A DNA stretch of 64,000 nucleotides, from the IMG/VR virus record IMGVR_UViG_2974529408_000001, positions 2,893 to 66,892 of that record; one strand, given 5' to 3'. Positions 55,580 to 64,000 of the stretch are shown here, in pieces. The notes below the pieces were generated by a model. The model did not search any database. It had not been told where the DNA came from and saw only the letters and a list, made by a program, of their open reading frames with translations. Source of the stretch: a virus (Duplodnaviria; Caudoviricetes). Within the stretch, counting starts at the first letter, position 1; every line of letters starts with the position of its first letter. A program made the translations under genes and the position numbers.

Positions 55580-56423
55580 GGTGAACAGGGTCGTTATCCT
55601 CGTGGCCCGAGGGATCGGCGAGAAGCTGGACCAGAACATCGCCATGCAAGTGGCCCATAAGGCCAGGGATGACATCTACACCGTTTTAACCCCGGTAAAG
55701 GTCACCGTCAAGGAGCTGCGCTGGCCCGCAGAGTATGGACCGTTCCCCAAGCCGCACTCCAAGGTCAGCTTCAACGACTCCCTGGAAACCCTTCACTCCA
55801 TGCTCAACATGGAGGTCTTCGATGATGGCCACACCATGTACTTCCTCGTGGGGTACTCCGGTGGAGCCGCAGGGATCGGCGACTGGTTGGCCGAAGCCAC
55901 CGCAGAGCAGAAGGAATTGGTGCTTGGCGCAGTGCTGATCGCTGATCCGTCGACGCCCAAGGGCATCATCCCGAACGATCCGATCCTGGGTGAGCCACGG
56001 TTCGGTATCCGAGGAAGCCGTCCCATTGACCACCACACCGTCAGGTGGATCTGCAATCCTGACGACGTGATCTGCTCCTGTCCCGAGAACAGCCCGCTTC
56101 GGCTGATCGCGTCGGCAACGCCGAACGCCGCCCTGGCGGACATGGCAAGCTGGGGCACAGTTCTCAACCAGATGGCTATTCGGCAGGCCAGCCAGATAGC
56201 AATGGGGCAGTTCACCAACATGATGAACAAGAAGAGTGCCCAGGAGCAGGTTGATGCCATCCGAAAGCAGTTTGACGTGGCATTCAGGGATGCCTACGGC
56301 TACATTGCTGGAGATGACCACGTGGCCTATCCGGTCCGAGGTGAGAAGAAGTTTCACCCAACCTGGTCGGAGACGGCAGCGCAATTCATCGGCCACAAGG
56401 TGCTCAGCACCTTCCGACGATGA
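55572..56423 (+). CDS. lysB: cutinase-like serine esterase (lysin B-like)
   Basis: WPAEYG, LVGYSGGA nucleophile elbow, LIADP, DDVIC, C-terminal H.AY. Confidence 0.75.
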   Translation: MDKVNRVVILVARGIGEKLDQNIAMQVAHKARDDIYTVLTPVKVTVKELRWPAEYGPFPKPHSKVSFNDSLETLHSMLNMEVFDDGHTMYFLVGYSGGAAGIGDWLAEATAEQKELVLGAVLIADPSTPKGIIPNDPILGEPRFGIRGSRPIDHHTVRWICNPDDVICSCPENSPLRLIASATPNAALADMASWGTVLNQMAIRQASQIAMGQFTNMMNKKSAQEQVDAIRKQFDVAFRDAYGYIAGDDHVAYPVRGEKKFHPTWSETAAQFIGHKVLSTFRR

Positions 56424-56594
56424 CCTCAGCCATATCGGCTGAAACGGAGATAGTGCCCTAACCGGGTAGGATAGTTCCCGGGGGCGAATACCGGATGGAC
56501 CGGGTTGGAACGACCTGCGGCACACTTGCCAGCAACTTGCAGGCCCCGGTATTCGCCCTCTTCCATTGAGCAGGCATAGAATGGATCACCAATA

Positions 56595-56843
56595 ATGTAC
56601 CTTCCCAAAAGCATTCCCTTCCCAGACAACAAGCGAGCGCCGCGTGGTGAGGGGGAAGCGAAGAAACCACTCAAGGTGTGGATGAGCCCTGAGATGGAAG
56701 AGACCGTCAACCAGTGGTCGCATGACCTCAACTGTGCCCCGGGCGTGATCGGCCGATGGCTCATGGGCATTGGTGCAGAGCATCTGAAAGCGGAGATCGA
56801 GCGAGAGCTTGGCGAAGAGTACGCCAACCGCCTCGTCAGTTGA
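56595..56843 (+). CDS. small DNA-binding protein (ribbon-helix-helix-like)
   Basis: KPLKVWMSPE strand followed by two helices; upstream of primase. Confidence 0.5.
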   Translation: MYLPKSIPFPDNKRAPRGEGEAKKPLKVWMSPEMEETVNQWSHDLNCAPGVIGRWLMGIGAEHLKAEIERELGEEYANRLVS

Positions 56844-56936
56844 TCACCATCAGAACCCCCGGAGGGTCTCACCAGGCTACGCCGACCCCGTAGCCGTTTT
56901 GTCATGCCCATCGTAGGGTAAGAAAGCGATCACCCA

Positions 56937-59708
56937 ATGGCAGAACCTGCTCGTGACATCAACTCGTCTCGGCCATTCCACCGTACGGCTCAGGCGTGGC
57001 TGGACAAGGGGCACCTTCCCTTCCCTTTGAAGCCAAAGGGTAAGAATCCCCTGGAGAAGGATGCCTATACTGGCAAGAAGAATCCATTCCCGAAGGACCC
57101 ACAACAGTTCGTTGAGGCCCAGCTAGCTAAGGCACCGCAACGAGCCAACATTGGCATCTGGGTCGGCCCTGATATCATCTGTCTTGACATCGACCACTAC
57201 GTCAAGGATGAGGGCACCGACAAGGAGAAGCGATACGTTGGCCACGACGAGTACCTGAAGCTGGCGGAAGAACTCGGGCCGCTTCCAGACACGTACATCA
57301 CCACCGCACGCTCCGATGGTAAGAGCGGCATCCATTGGTACCGGATGCCCGAGAAGTACATCAACCGTGAGACGCTGAACAACACCATCAATCTGTCTGG
57401 CAAGGCAGCGAGCAACATTGATGTTGTCCACCGTGGCTATCGTTTCGCAGTCGTCGGCCCTTCCATCCACCCTGAGACCGACTCACCATATCGAACCTAC
57501 GCCCCTGGTGTAGCACCGGATGGTAAGTCCTTCGAGGCCACCGACCCCTTCTCCACCGAAGACCTGCCGTACCTGCCTGAACCGTGGATCAAGTTCCTTT
57601 CCAAGGACTACACCGAGTACAGCGACGTCGACATGGACATGTCGATGCAGTCCGACAAGATCATCGACTGGTACCGGGACCGTATGCCCAAGGGCAAACC
57701 TTGTGCTCAGGTCAAGAAGTCCTTGAAATACGCTCTCAAGGAATTGAGTGAGCGAGCCGATGGACACGAAGTGCTCACCGCAGCTGACTGGAATCTCTTG
57801 AGCCTTGGCTCCGAGGGCCACCCTGGGGCATTGGCTGGGGCGAAGTACTTTGAGAAGCAGTACTTCGAGTCCATGGTGAAGCGAGGCAAGCGTTCACCGT
57901 CTGAGGTGAAGCGGGAAATCTTTCGGTCCAGGACCAACGCCATCCGTAAGATCAAGGCCCACGTCGATAAGATGGAGGACGAGGGCATCGACGTGGTGGG
58001 GAAGTCTTGCACCTGCGTCGACTTGAGCGAAATCGTTAGGGCGCAGTCGGAGGAACTAGCCTCAATTATCTCCCTCGTGCCGCTCGACGCCGGGAAGGCC
58101 GAGACGAAGGGCGGGGGTACCGTTCGGAGTCCCGAGGACTACTCGATGGACGATGATGGAAATGCTGAGTTCCTCTACGACCTCACCGGCCATGACAATC
58201 TCAAGTACGTCAAGGGGGTGAACAAGTTCATCCTGTGGAATGGTAAGCGGTGGAAGCAGGATGACGAGCTTCACTCGTTGACTCGAATCGTCTACCAGAA
58301 GGTGAAGGAACGACAGCAGACCTACGCCAACTCATTGAAGGATGCCGTCACCGAAGCAGCCAGCGGACTTCAAGAGGCTCGGAACGAGCAAGCCAAAGAC
58401 GGCTCGGTGTCTTCAGCGACCGAGGATTACAACACGGCCAAGAAGAAGTACAACGAGTGGCTGAGGTGGGCCCAGAGGTCCGGCAATGTACTCCATATCA
58501 AGAATGCACTCACCGCATATCAATCAACTAGCTTCGAGTCCACCATTGATTCGGGCGACCTTGATGCTAACCGTATGCTACTGGGCGTAAAGAATGGAGT
58601 ACTTGAGCTTCGTGAGGACCGGGTGGTGTTCCGCCAGGCGAAGTACAGTGACTTCGTCACCTTGAACACTGGCATCGAGTATTTCGAGGGTGGCATTGCT
58701 GAGGCGGCACGGAAGGGTGGAGACCTGGCTGAGTCGGCGATCATGTGGGAGAACTACCTCAACAAGGTCCTGCCGGACCTGGAGCTGAGGGAGTTCGTCC
58801 AGCGAGCATTCGGTGCAGCACTGGGTGGACCAGGCAAAGAGCGGCTGATGTACTTCCTCTATGGACCGAGCACGACTGGTAAGTCGACCATGATTCGGCT
58901 CATTGAGGAGGCATTGGGGGACTACTCGATGCCCATCAACCTCAACATCTTCAAGAATGCCAAGCTCAATCCTGCACTCGGAGAGGCCATGGACCGTCGA
59001 GTTGTGGTGGCAAGCGAGGTCTCGCTAGAGACCGGGATGGATGAAGGGATTGTCAAGCAGATCACCGGCAACGATCCGCTCTCCGTTGAGTACAAGAACT
59101 CAAACCACATGAAGCGGGGCATCTTCAAGGCGACCGTAGCCATTGCCACGAACGTTCCACCGAGGATCAAGGGGGCCGATGATGCGCTGTATCGACGGCT
59201 CTGCGTCATGCCATTCAATGAACGGCTGACCAGCGAGAACCCTAACTTCGTGGATGACTTCGTTCGTAAGAACGGGCTCACCATGGTCTTCCACTGGATG
59301 GTCGACGGCTACCAGGCATACACCAAGAAGGGGTTGCATCGTGGCACTTGGCCGGAACGGGTGAAGCTAGCCACCTTGGAGTTCGGCCACGGCATGAGTG
59401 ATATCGGCGAGTTCTTGGAGGCAACCGTAGTAGAAGTGCCCTTCAACGGTGAGACTGTCGAGACTCGCAGCTCTACTGCTCTGGAATGCAAGTCGGTCTA
59501 CAAGGCATACGAGTCGTGGTGTACCAAGCAGAAGATACCAGACGGAGACCGTCTGACCTTGAACGGATTCGGTCGGCAAATGAAGGCCCAGGGGTACCGA
59601 AGCCATGCCGTAAGGATGGTGAAGGGCAATCCGCCAGTCAAAGTTTACGAGGGAATCCAGTTCGTAGAGAGCTATGGCTCCACGCCGCAGTTCAAGGATG
59701 GAAGTTAG
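56937..59708 (+). CDS. bifunctional primase-polymerase fused to D5-like SF3 helicase
   Basis: NIGI, CLDID, GIHWY, GPSIHP; D5_N WNGKRW; GPSTTGKST Walker A; ATN; RRL. Confidence 0.9.
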   Translation: MAEPARDINSSRPFHRTAQAWLDKGHLPFPLKPKGKNPLEKDAYTGKKNPFPKDPQQFVEAQLAKAPQRANIGIWVGPDIICLDIDHYVKDEGTDKEKRYVGHDEYLKLAEELGPLPDTYITTARSDGKSGIHWYRMPEKYINRETLNNTINLSGKAASNIDVVHRGYRFAVVGPSIHPETDSPYRTYAPGVAPDGKSFEATDPFSTEDLPYLPEPWIKFLSKDYTEYSDVDMDMSMQSDKIIDWYRDRMPKGKPCAQVKKSLKYALKELSERADGHEVLTAADWNLLSLGSEGHPGALAGAKYFEKQYFESMVKRGKRSPSEVKREIFRSRTNAIRKIKAHVDKMEDEGIDVVGKSCTCVDLSEIVRAQSEELASIISLVPLDAGKAETKGGGTVRSPEDYSMDDDGNAEFLYDLTGHDNLKYVKGVNKFILWNGKRWKQDDELHSLTRIVYQKVKERQQTYANSLKDAVTEAASGLQEARNEQAKDGSVSSATEDYNTAKKKYNEWLRWAQRSGNVLHIKNALTAYQSTSFESTIDSGDLDANRMLLGVKNGVLELREDRVVFRQAKYSDFVTLNTGIEYFEGGIAEAARKGGDLAESAIMWENYLNKVLPDLELREFVQRAFGAALGGPGKERLMYFLYGPSTTGKSTMIRLIEEALGDYSMPINLNIFKNAKLNPALGEAMDRRVVVASEVSLETGMDEGIVKQITGNDPLSVEYKNSNHMKRGIFKATVAIATNVPPRIKGADDALYRRLCVMPFNERLTSENPNFVDDFVRKNGLTMVFHWMVDGYQAYTKKGLHRGTWPERVKLATLEFGHGMSDIGEFLEATVVEVPFNGETVETRSSTALECKSVYKAYESWCTKQKIPDGDRLTLNGFGRQMKAQGYRSHAVRMVKGNPPVKVYEGIQFVESYGSTPQFKDGS

Positions 59709-59716
59709 CACCATCG

Positions 59717-59756
59717 GACTTCCCTCTACTTTTTACCTAGAAAGTAGAGGGAAGTC
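59717..59756. terminator. stem-loop after primase-helicase
   Basis: GACTTCCCTCTACTTT / AAAGTAGAGGGAAGTC, 16-bp perfect stem. Confidence 0.7.
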
Positions 59757-59795
59757 GGGGGAATCCTATGCTGACCTGCATAGAAATCGACGGGC

Positions 59796-60050
59796 CGTTA
59801 CCGGGGGCCGAGAAACGGTTACGGTGAATAACCGCAGGTCGGAGTAGGTTTCTGAGGGTATCGTAACCGTAACCGATCGCCGAAAACTTAGCCCTATAGA
59901 GAAAAGGGGGATACCCCTAGCTTATCCCTTTTCTCTATACGTATAAGTTTCGATAATTCGGTTACCGGTTACGAACCGGGAAAAGTGCAGGTCGGAGGGG
60001 GTAAAAACCGTAACCGCGATCGGTTACGGTGCGGTTACGCGGTTACGGTT
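59796..60050. repeat. iteron/palindrome array, replication-origin candidate
   Basis: Eight CGGTTAC/GTAACCG copies, central AT-rich 14-bp inverted repeat, GCAGGTCGGAG x2. Confidence 0.7.
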
Positions 60051-60068
60051 TTCGAGAGAGGAAATACC

Positions 60069-60359
60069 ATGCAGAAAGATGTGATTAACGTTCCTTGTCC
60101 ACGATGCAAGGCGAAGCCTGGAGAGCAATGTGGCGGAAGGGCTCAGCCAGACAGTGCCGGTAATCGAGTCCATATACCACGGGTGGATCAGTACATCAGG
60201 GCATTCAACTTGGCTAGCGATGCTTGGGGCCACCTGAAGATCAGCGCTGAGAATGTGGCCGTGGGGCAGACTGATCCGGAACGGATCAAGTACCACCGAG
60301 AGCAATTTGAGAAGAAGCTGGCCAAGGCCAGGAGGCTGATGAAGCCATTGGCGGTTTGA
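60069..60359 (+). CDS. zinc-finger protein
   Basis: GAGGA RBS; VPCPRCKAKPGEQC...VHIPR. Confidence 0.7.
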   Translation: MQKDVINVPCPRCKAKPGEQCGGRAQPDSAGNRVHIPRVDQYIRAFNLASDAWGHLKISAENVAVGQTDPERIKYHREQFEKKLAKARRLMKPLAV

Positions 60360-60435
60360 TATAGTCACCCAGAAACGAGCGTTTTCGTTTCCGTCGAGGC
60401 GTACTCTCGTAGGAGACCCACCCAGGAGGAACACC

Positions 60436-61047
60436 ATGCCAGGACGACCACGGGGCCGATTGGCCAACGGGCCGACCCCATCAGAGATGAGCCACGGGCG
60501 GGGTACCAGGCCGAGCATCGACCTGTTCCCGCAGCCCGACATGGACTATGACATTCTCGCGTACAAGCGGGCCGTACTCCAGACCGACCCCACAGTGGCC
60601 GACGCTGAGCTGGACTTCTACGGGGACAAGGTCAACTACGATGAGTATGGCCGGGCACTGCCCACCCTCCGCGAGCGGGGCCACACTCCCATCGTGCGCG
60701 AGCGGGGACGGGGTGAGATGGATGACCGGCTGGACCCGACCAACCCGTACCTGTACGAGCAGCGGGAAGGTGTGGCCGGGGCTGATCCGAATGAATCCTG
60801 GCGGAAGGGCGAGGTCTCCGATCCACTTCGTGTCGGTTGGGAAGAGGAGCAGTACGACCCAGAGGTCAATGCCGAGACCGCTGCCTACAAGGCCGGTGTG
60901 GGAGAGCAGGCCTGGTTGAGCAGTGTGGCCACCTCGTTCCGAGACACCAACGTTCGGAAGATCAAGCGGATCGGTGGCCCCCCGCAGCAGCACTACAACC
61001 CCAACGGGGAGGCCGATCCACGACGGGACGAGCAACCTTGGACCTGA
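60436..61047 (+). CDS. hypothetical protein
   Basis: AGGAGG RBS; 203 aa. Confidence 0.75.
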   Translation: MPGRPRGRLANGPTPSEMSHGRGTRPSIDLFPQPDMDYDILAYKRAVLQTDPTVADAELDFYGDKVNYDEYGRALPTLRERGHTPIVRERGRGEMDDRLDPTNPYLYEQREGVAGADPNESWRKGEVSDPLRVGWEEEQYDPEVNAETAAYKAGVGEQAWLSSVATSFRDTNVRKIKRIGGPPQQHYNPNGEADPRRDEQPWT

Positions 61048-61238
61048 CCCTGAGCTGCAATGGCAGGCATCGGCAGTGCAGTCGGCACCATGCCGACCTG
61101 GTACAGACCTACCGAGCCGAACGGGAACGCCAAGAACTGGTGCTCGAAGGCATGGAGTACCAGGGCCGAGAGGACCATCAACGACCATCACTCATCACCT
61201 TCGGTGAGTGGTTGAGAGGCAGTAGGGTGAATGGCTGA
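61038..61238 (+). CDS. hypothetical protein
   Basis: TTG start; YRAERERQE...ITFGEWL; fills gap. Confidence 0.5.
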   Translation: MDLTLSCNGRHRQCSRHHADLVQTYRAERERQELVLEGMEYQGREDHQRPSLITFGEWLRGSRVNG

Positions 61239-61537
61239 GTGCTTTGAGGTAGACCCCGATGATCCCCGGCAGTTGGCCGGATTGCAGAAGATCGAAGAGG
61301 GCATCATGGAGGTGAGCATGGCCCTCTTTGAGGGCGATAACATCGACAATATGATGCCAGTTTGCTGGGGGGGTCGGGGTCGAACTCATCGGCTATAGTC
61401 GAGAGGGGCGACGGGTCCGACGGATCGAAACCCTGATGCCTGTGGGGCAGGGGTTCTCCGCAACGCGGGGTATCCTGGAGAATGCCGCTGAGGGCGCAGC
61501 CGATGCGTTCTTCAATGGCACCGAAGACGACGAATGA
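61231..61537 (+). pseudogene. small gene frameshifted at a G7 run (61367-61373)
   Basis: MAECFEVD...MMPVCWG continues in the +1 frame as VGVELIGYSREG...GQGFSATRGILE to a TGA overlapping the next ATG. Confidence 0.55.
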
Positions 61538-62094
61538 AAGAGATGGAGCGCATGGACGCCAACCCGAATGCAAGCCAGGTCCTCGCTGCCAAGGCAGCCA
61601 TCGAGCAGGCCAGGGTCACCAAGCAGACCGAGAAGGCCCTCTCCATGTTCGCTGATGCGGAGTCTGTGGAACAGGTCTGCCGCTACCTGGCAGGCTTCGC
61701 CTCTGTGGCATGGAGCAAGCCGCCGACTGGTGAGTTCGATCCGGACACTGCCAATATGGCAGCGTACCTGGCCGAGAAGCGCCTGGAAGAGATCATTCGA
61801 GATCGTATCTCCGAGGTCATCAACGGCCAGCTGGCGGACATGCTCGAACAGGCTCAGGCCAAGATCAACGCTTTCCCTGATATCGACGCTGACCCCTACG
61901 CCTTCTTCAAGCCAGGCATGAAGGTCAGGTTGACCGAGAGCGAGATTGTTGGTCGTGTCCTTACCAAGGACGAGGAGCAACCCCACCTGGTTCGAGTCGA
62001 CTGGGATAATGTCCACAATCCTTCGGATGAAGTGGGCCTGTACCGTGGTCGTGACCTGGTGATTATCTCCGAGGGGAACGATGGGGACCACTAG
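61534..62094 (+). CDS. hypothetical protein (SH3-like C-terminus)
   Basis: FKPGMKVRL...VRVDWD. Confidence 0.7.
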   Translation: MKEMERMDANPNASQVLAAKAAIEQARVTKQTEKALSMFADAESVEQVCRYLAGFASVAWSKPPTGEFDPDTANMAAYLAEKRLEEIIRDRISEVINGQLADMLEQAQAKINAFPDIDADPYAFFKPGMKVRLTESEIVGRVLTKDEEQPHLVRVDWDNVHNPSDEVGLYRGRDLVIISEGNDGDH

Positions 62095-63391
62095 GGCTCG
62101 GAACATCGGGGTTGCCGACACGGTTGAGAACCGCTCTCTCAATCTGATCGGCAAGCCCGATGGGCCGATGAAGTACATTGATGAGTTCGGCTTTGAGGTT
62201 GGCACGTTCACCAATCCGCGAACCGACCTGTACCGAGCCAAGGCTCGTACTGAGTTTGGCACCCTCATGCACCATGTCCCGCCCAGCAAGCGGGGCTACT
62301 ACCGGCCAGATCAGTGTGCCGACTACGATCCAGACGAGTTCGAGTACATCGTGGACCAGAAGGGCTATGCCCTCTGCACTCGGAAGACCAAATCAGGCAA
62401 AGCCTGTGCCAGCCGAGCACTCCACATGAGCTGGGTCTGCACTGCCCATGGTGGTGCTCTGCATCCCCTGGACAAGGCCATCTCTGAGGAGCGGGCCCTC
62501 ATGCCCACCAAGGATGGCGTCAGGCATGGCAACCAGTACCTGCCCGATGAGTTGGTGGGCCGCATGACTCGGTACCAGAAACTGGTCCACGGCATCATCA
62601 CAGTCGAAGACCTGGATGACGAAGAGTTGGCCCGAGGCCAGTGCCGAGACGAGAATGGCCGCTTCAGCGGAAAGCCACCCAAGGCTATCCCCAAGGACAT
62701 TCATGATGCCCTGGTGCGACGGCTCTTTGAGCGAGCACGCGAAGCGTTCCAGGCCGAGCTGCTCCCTGCGATCCAGACGCTCGGAGAGCTGGCACGGAGC
62801 GATGCTGTGGAACCGGCAGACCGGATCAAGGCCGCATCCCTGGTCATTGACCGGGTGATGGGCAAGAACGCCGAGGTCATCGTTCACAAGCAGGATGCCC
62901 CGTGGGAAGTGGCTCTCAAGACCATCACTGGCGGAAGTCGTGCCGAGTCCAGACGGGCTCGAGGTCTTGATCCAGAAACAGGCGAACCGATGGTTGACGC
63001 CGAGATCATTGATGAGGAGGATGAATATGTGGACATTGATTCTGATGAGCCTGGAGCCGTACCGGATTCTGGCGTAATCGAATGGACCGAAGAGCAGCGT
63101 GAGGCTCAGCAGGACTTGGCACAGTGGGGCGAAGAGAACCAGCCCGACGAAGAGTTGCCAGGCGAAGCCGCTCAACGGAAGGCCGAAGAAGCCAAGAACC
63201 TGCGAGACCGCCTCAAAGAGGCGCGTCGGCAACGGTACTCGGCACGCAATCGTGGGCTGGACTCGGTTGAGGACCTGCCCTACACCATGAAGTCCAAGAA
63301 GAACCCAGATGGTGAGGGATACCTCATCACTCTGACGCTCGATCTGGACAAAGACCCAGGAAGGAAGCGTCAGAGTGGAGACTTTGGCTGA
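62081..63391 (+). CDS. putative terminase small subunit
   Basis: CTRKTKSGKAC...CTAHGG zinc motif, LDDEELARG, DRIKAASLVIDR helical region; position preceding the packaging module in a circular gene order. Confidence 0.55.
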   Translation: MGTTRARNIGVADTVENRSLNLIGKPDGPMKYIDEFGFEVGTFTNPRTDLYRAKARTEFGTLMHHVPPSKRGYYRPDQCADYDPDEFEYIVDQKGYALCTRKTKSGKACASRALHMSWVCTAHGGALHPLDKAISEERALMPTKDGVRHGNQYLPDELVGRMTRYQKLVHGIITVEDLDDEELARGQCRDENGRFSGKPPKAIPKDIHDALVRRLFERAREAFQAELLPAIQTLGELARSDAVEPADRIKAASLVIDRVMGKNAEVIVHKQDAPWEVALKTITGGSRAESRRARGLDPETGEPMVDAEIIDEEDEYVDIDSDEPGAVPDSGVIEWTEEQREAQQDLAQWGEENQPDEELPGEAAQRKAEEAKNLRDRLKEARRQRYSARNRGLDSVEDLPYTMKSKKNPDGEGYLITLTLDLDKDPGRKRQSGDFG

Positions 63392-63587
63392 GCCAAAGAA
63401 CGGCTATGTGATCCGAGAGGAGGGGCCACGGGCCATCTGTCGCCACTGTGATGAGCCCATCTACCATTATGATCGGCAATACGCTTCCGCTGATGGCACG
63501 GGATGGGCGCATAGCCGAACCTTTATGGTTGGATGTCAGCCTTTCAACCGGCCGCGCTCGGCTCAGGTAGAATCGGGGCAGACCTAG
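63375..63587 (+). CDS. small Zn-binding protein
   Basis: CRHC.EPI...WAH....C; start may be TTG 63384. Confidence 0.55.
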   Translation: METLAEPKNGYVIREEGPRAICRHCDEPIYHYDRQYASADGTGWAHSRTFMVGCQPFNRPRSAQVESGQT

Positions 63588-63596
63588 GAGGCAATC

Positions 63597-63845
63597 ATGG
63601 GAATGACCCGACTGCGCAACATCCTGACCGGATCGCACAAGTTCACGCCCATCAAGCGTGAGATCGGCTTCGCCGAGCGACTGGGCGCATTCAAGATGGC
63701 AGAACGGGCCGCACTCGAACAGCGCACCATGCCCCAGCTGCCGCCCACCCCGCATGTCAACGTGCCGGGTGTCTCGGGCGTCAAGGCCAAGCCTGGCCTC
63801 GGTGGCGGAGTCATCAACCCGCTCTCCAACCGCAAGGCCAAGTAA
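63597..63845 (+). CDS. small basic hypothetical protein
   Basis: AGGAGG RBS; 82 aa. Confidence 0.7.
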   Translation: MGMTRLRNILTGSHKFTPIKREIGFAERLGAFKMAERAALEQRTMPQLPPTPHVNVPGVSGVKAKPGLGGGVINPLSNRKAK

Positions 63846-63943
63846 GCCTCGCTGGGCCCAACCCCCCAATCCCTGGACGGGTCCAGCAGGACGGTGGCTT
63901 GAGCGCCCGGTGGAGTCGGACCACGTCAGGAAAGCTCGCCCCG

Positions 63944-63977
63944 TGGGGCCCAGGTCACGTCACTGGCCTGGGCCCCA
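63944..63977. terminator. stem-loop
   Basis: TGGGGCCCAGGTCA...TGGCCTGGGCCCCA followed by an A-run. Confidence 0.55.
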
Positions 63978-64000
63978 AAACTTATCTCTAGGAGGACCAC

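Noticed and set aside
59796-60050. CRISPR array
   Set aside because: Repeats are 7-mers in both orientations with irregular spacing and no unique spacers

Overview
The window is most of a lytic-looking actinobacteriophage (siphovirus) genome. The amidase+LGFP lysin, cutinase-like lysin B and Rpf domain point to a mycolic-acid-containing host such as Gordonia, Rhodococcus or Mycobacterium (inference). Every credible gene is on the + strand. Gene order: portal C-terminus; a high-GC fibre/SGNH-esterase insert; four very basic proteins and a JAB/MPN metalloprotease; MuF-like, scaffold and capsid genes; head-tail joining genes; major tail and tail chaperones (candidate +1 frameshift); a 2.4 kaa tape measure with peptidase and Rpf domains; minor tails; lysis cassette; small early genes punctuated by hairpins and a repeated promoter motif; SNF2 helicase; Cas4-like nuclease/AAA ATPase/SSB; a nucleotide-modification-like cluster (flavoprotein, HAD, Nmad1, methyltransferase, SDR); HNH + DnaE; MazG-like; ThyX + HNH; RuvC-like; displaced lysin B; primase-helicase with an iteron/palindrome origin candidate; putative small terminase. 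No integrase, tRNA or CRISPR array was seen. Top observations: (1) dnaE is interrupted inside its first PHP metal-binding motif by a 9-nt TAG-GTG-GCC insert in a hairpin, directly behind an HNH endonuclease, resembling the T4 mobA/gene 60 bypass cassette; (2) basic proteins share a RAWGNALGG di-glycine motif next to a JAB protease; (3) a possible undescribed DNA-modification pathway. All functional calls come from motif recognition by eye; no database searches were run.
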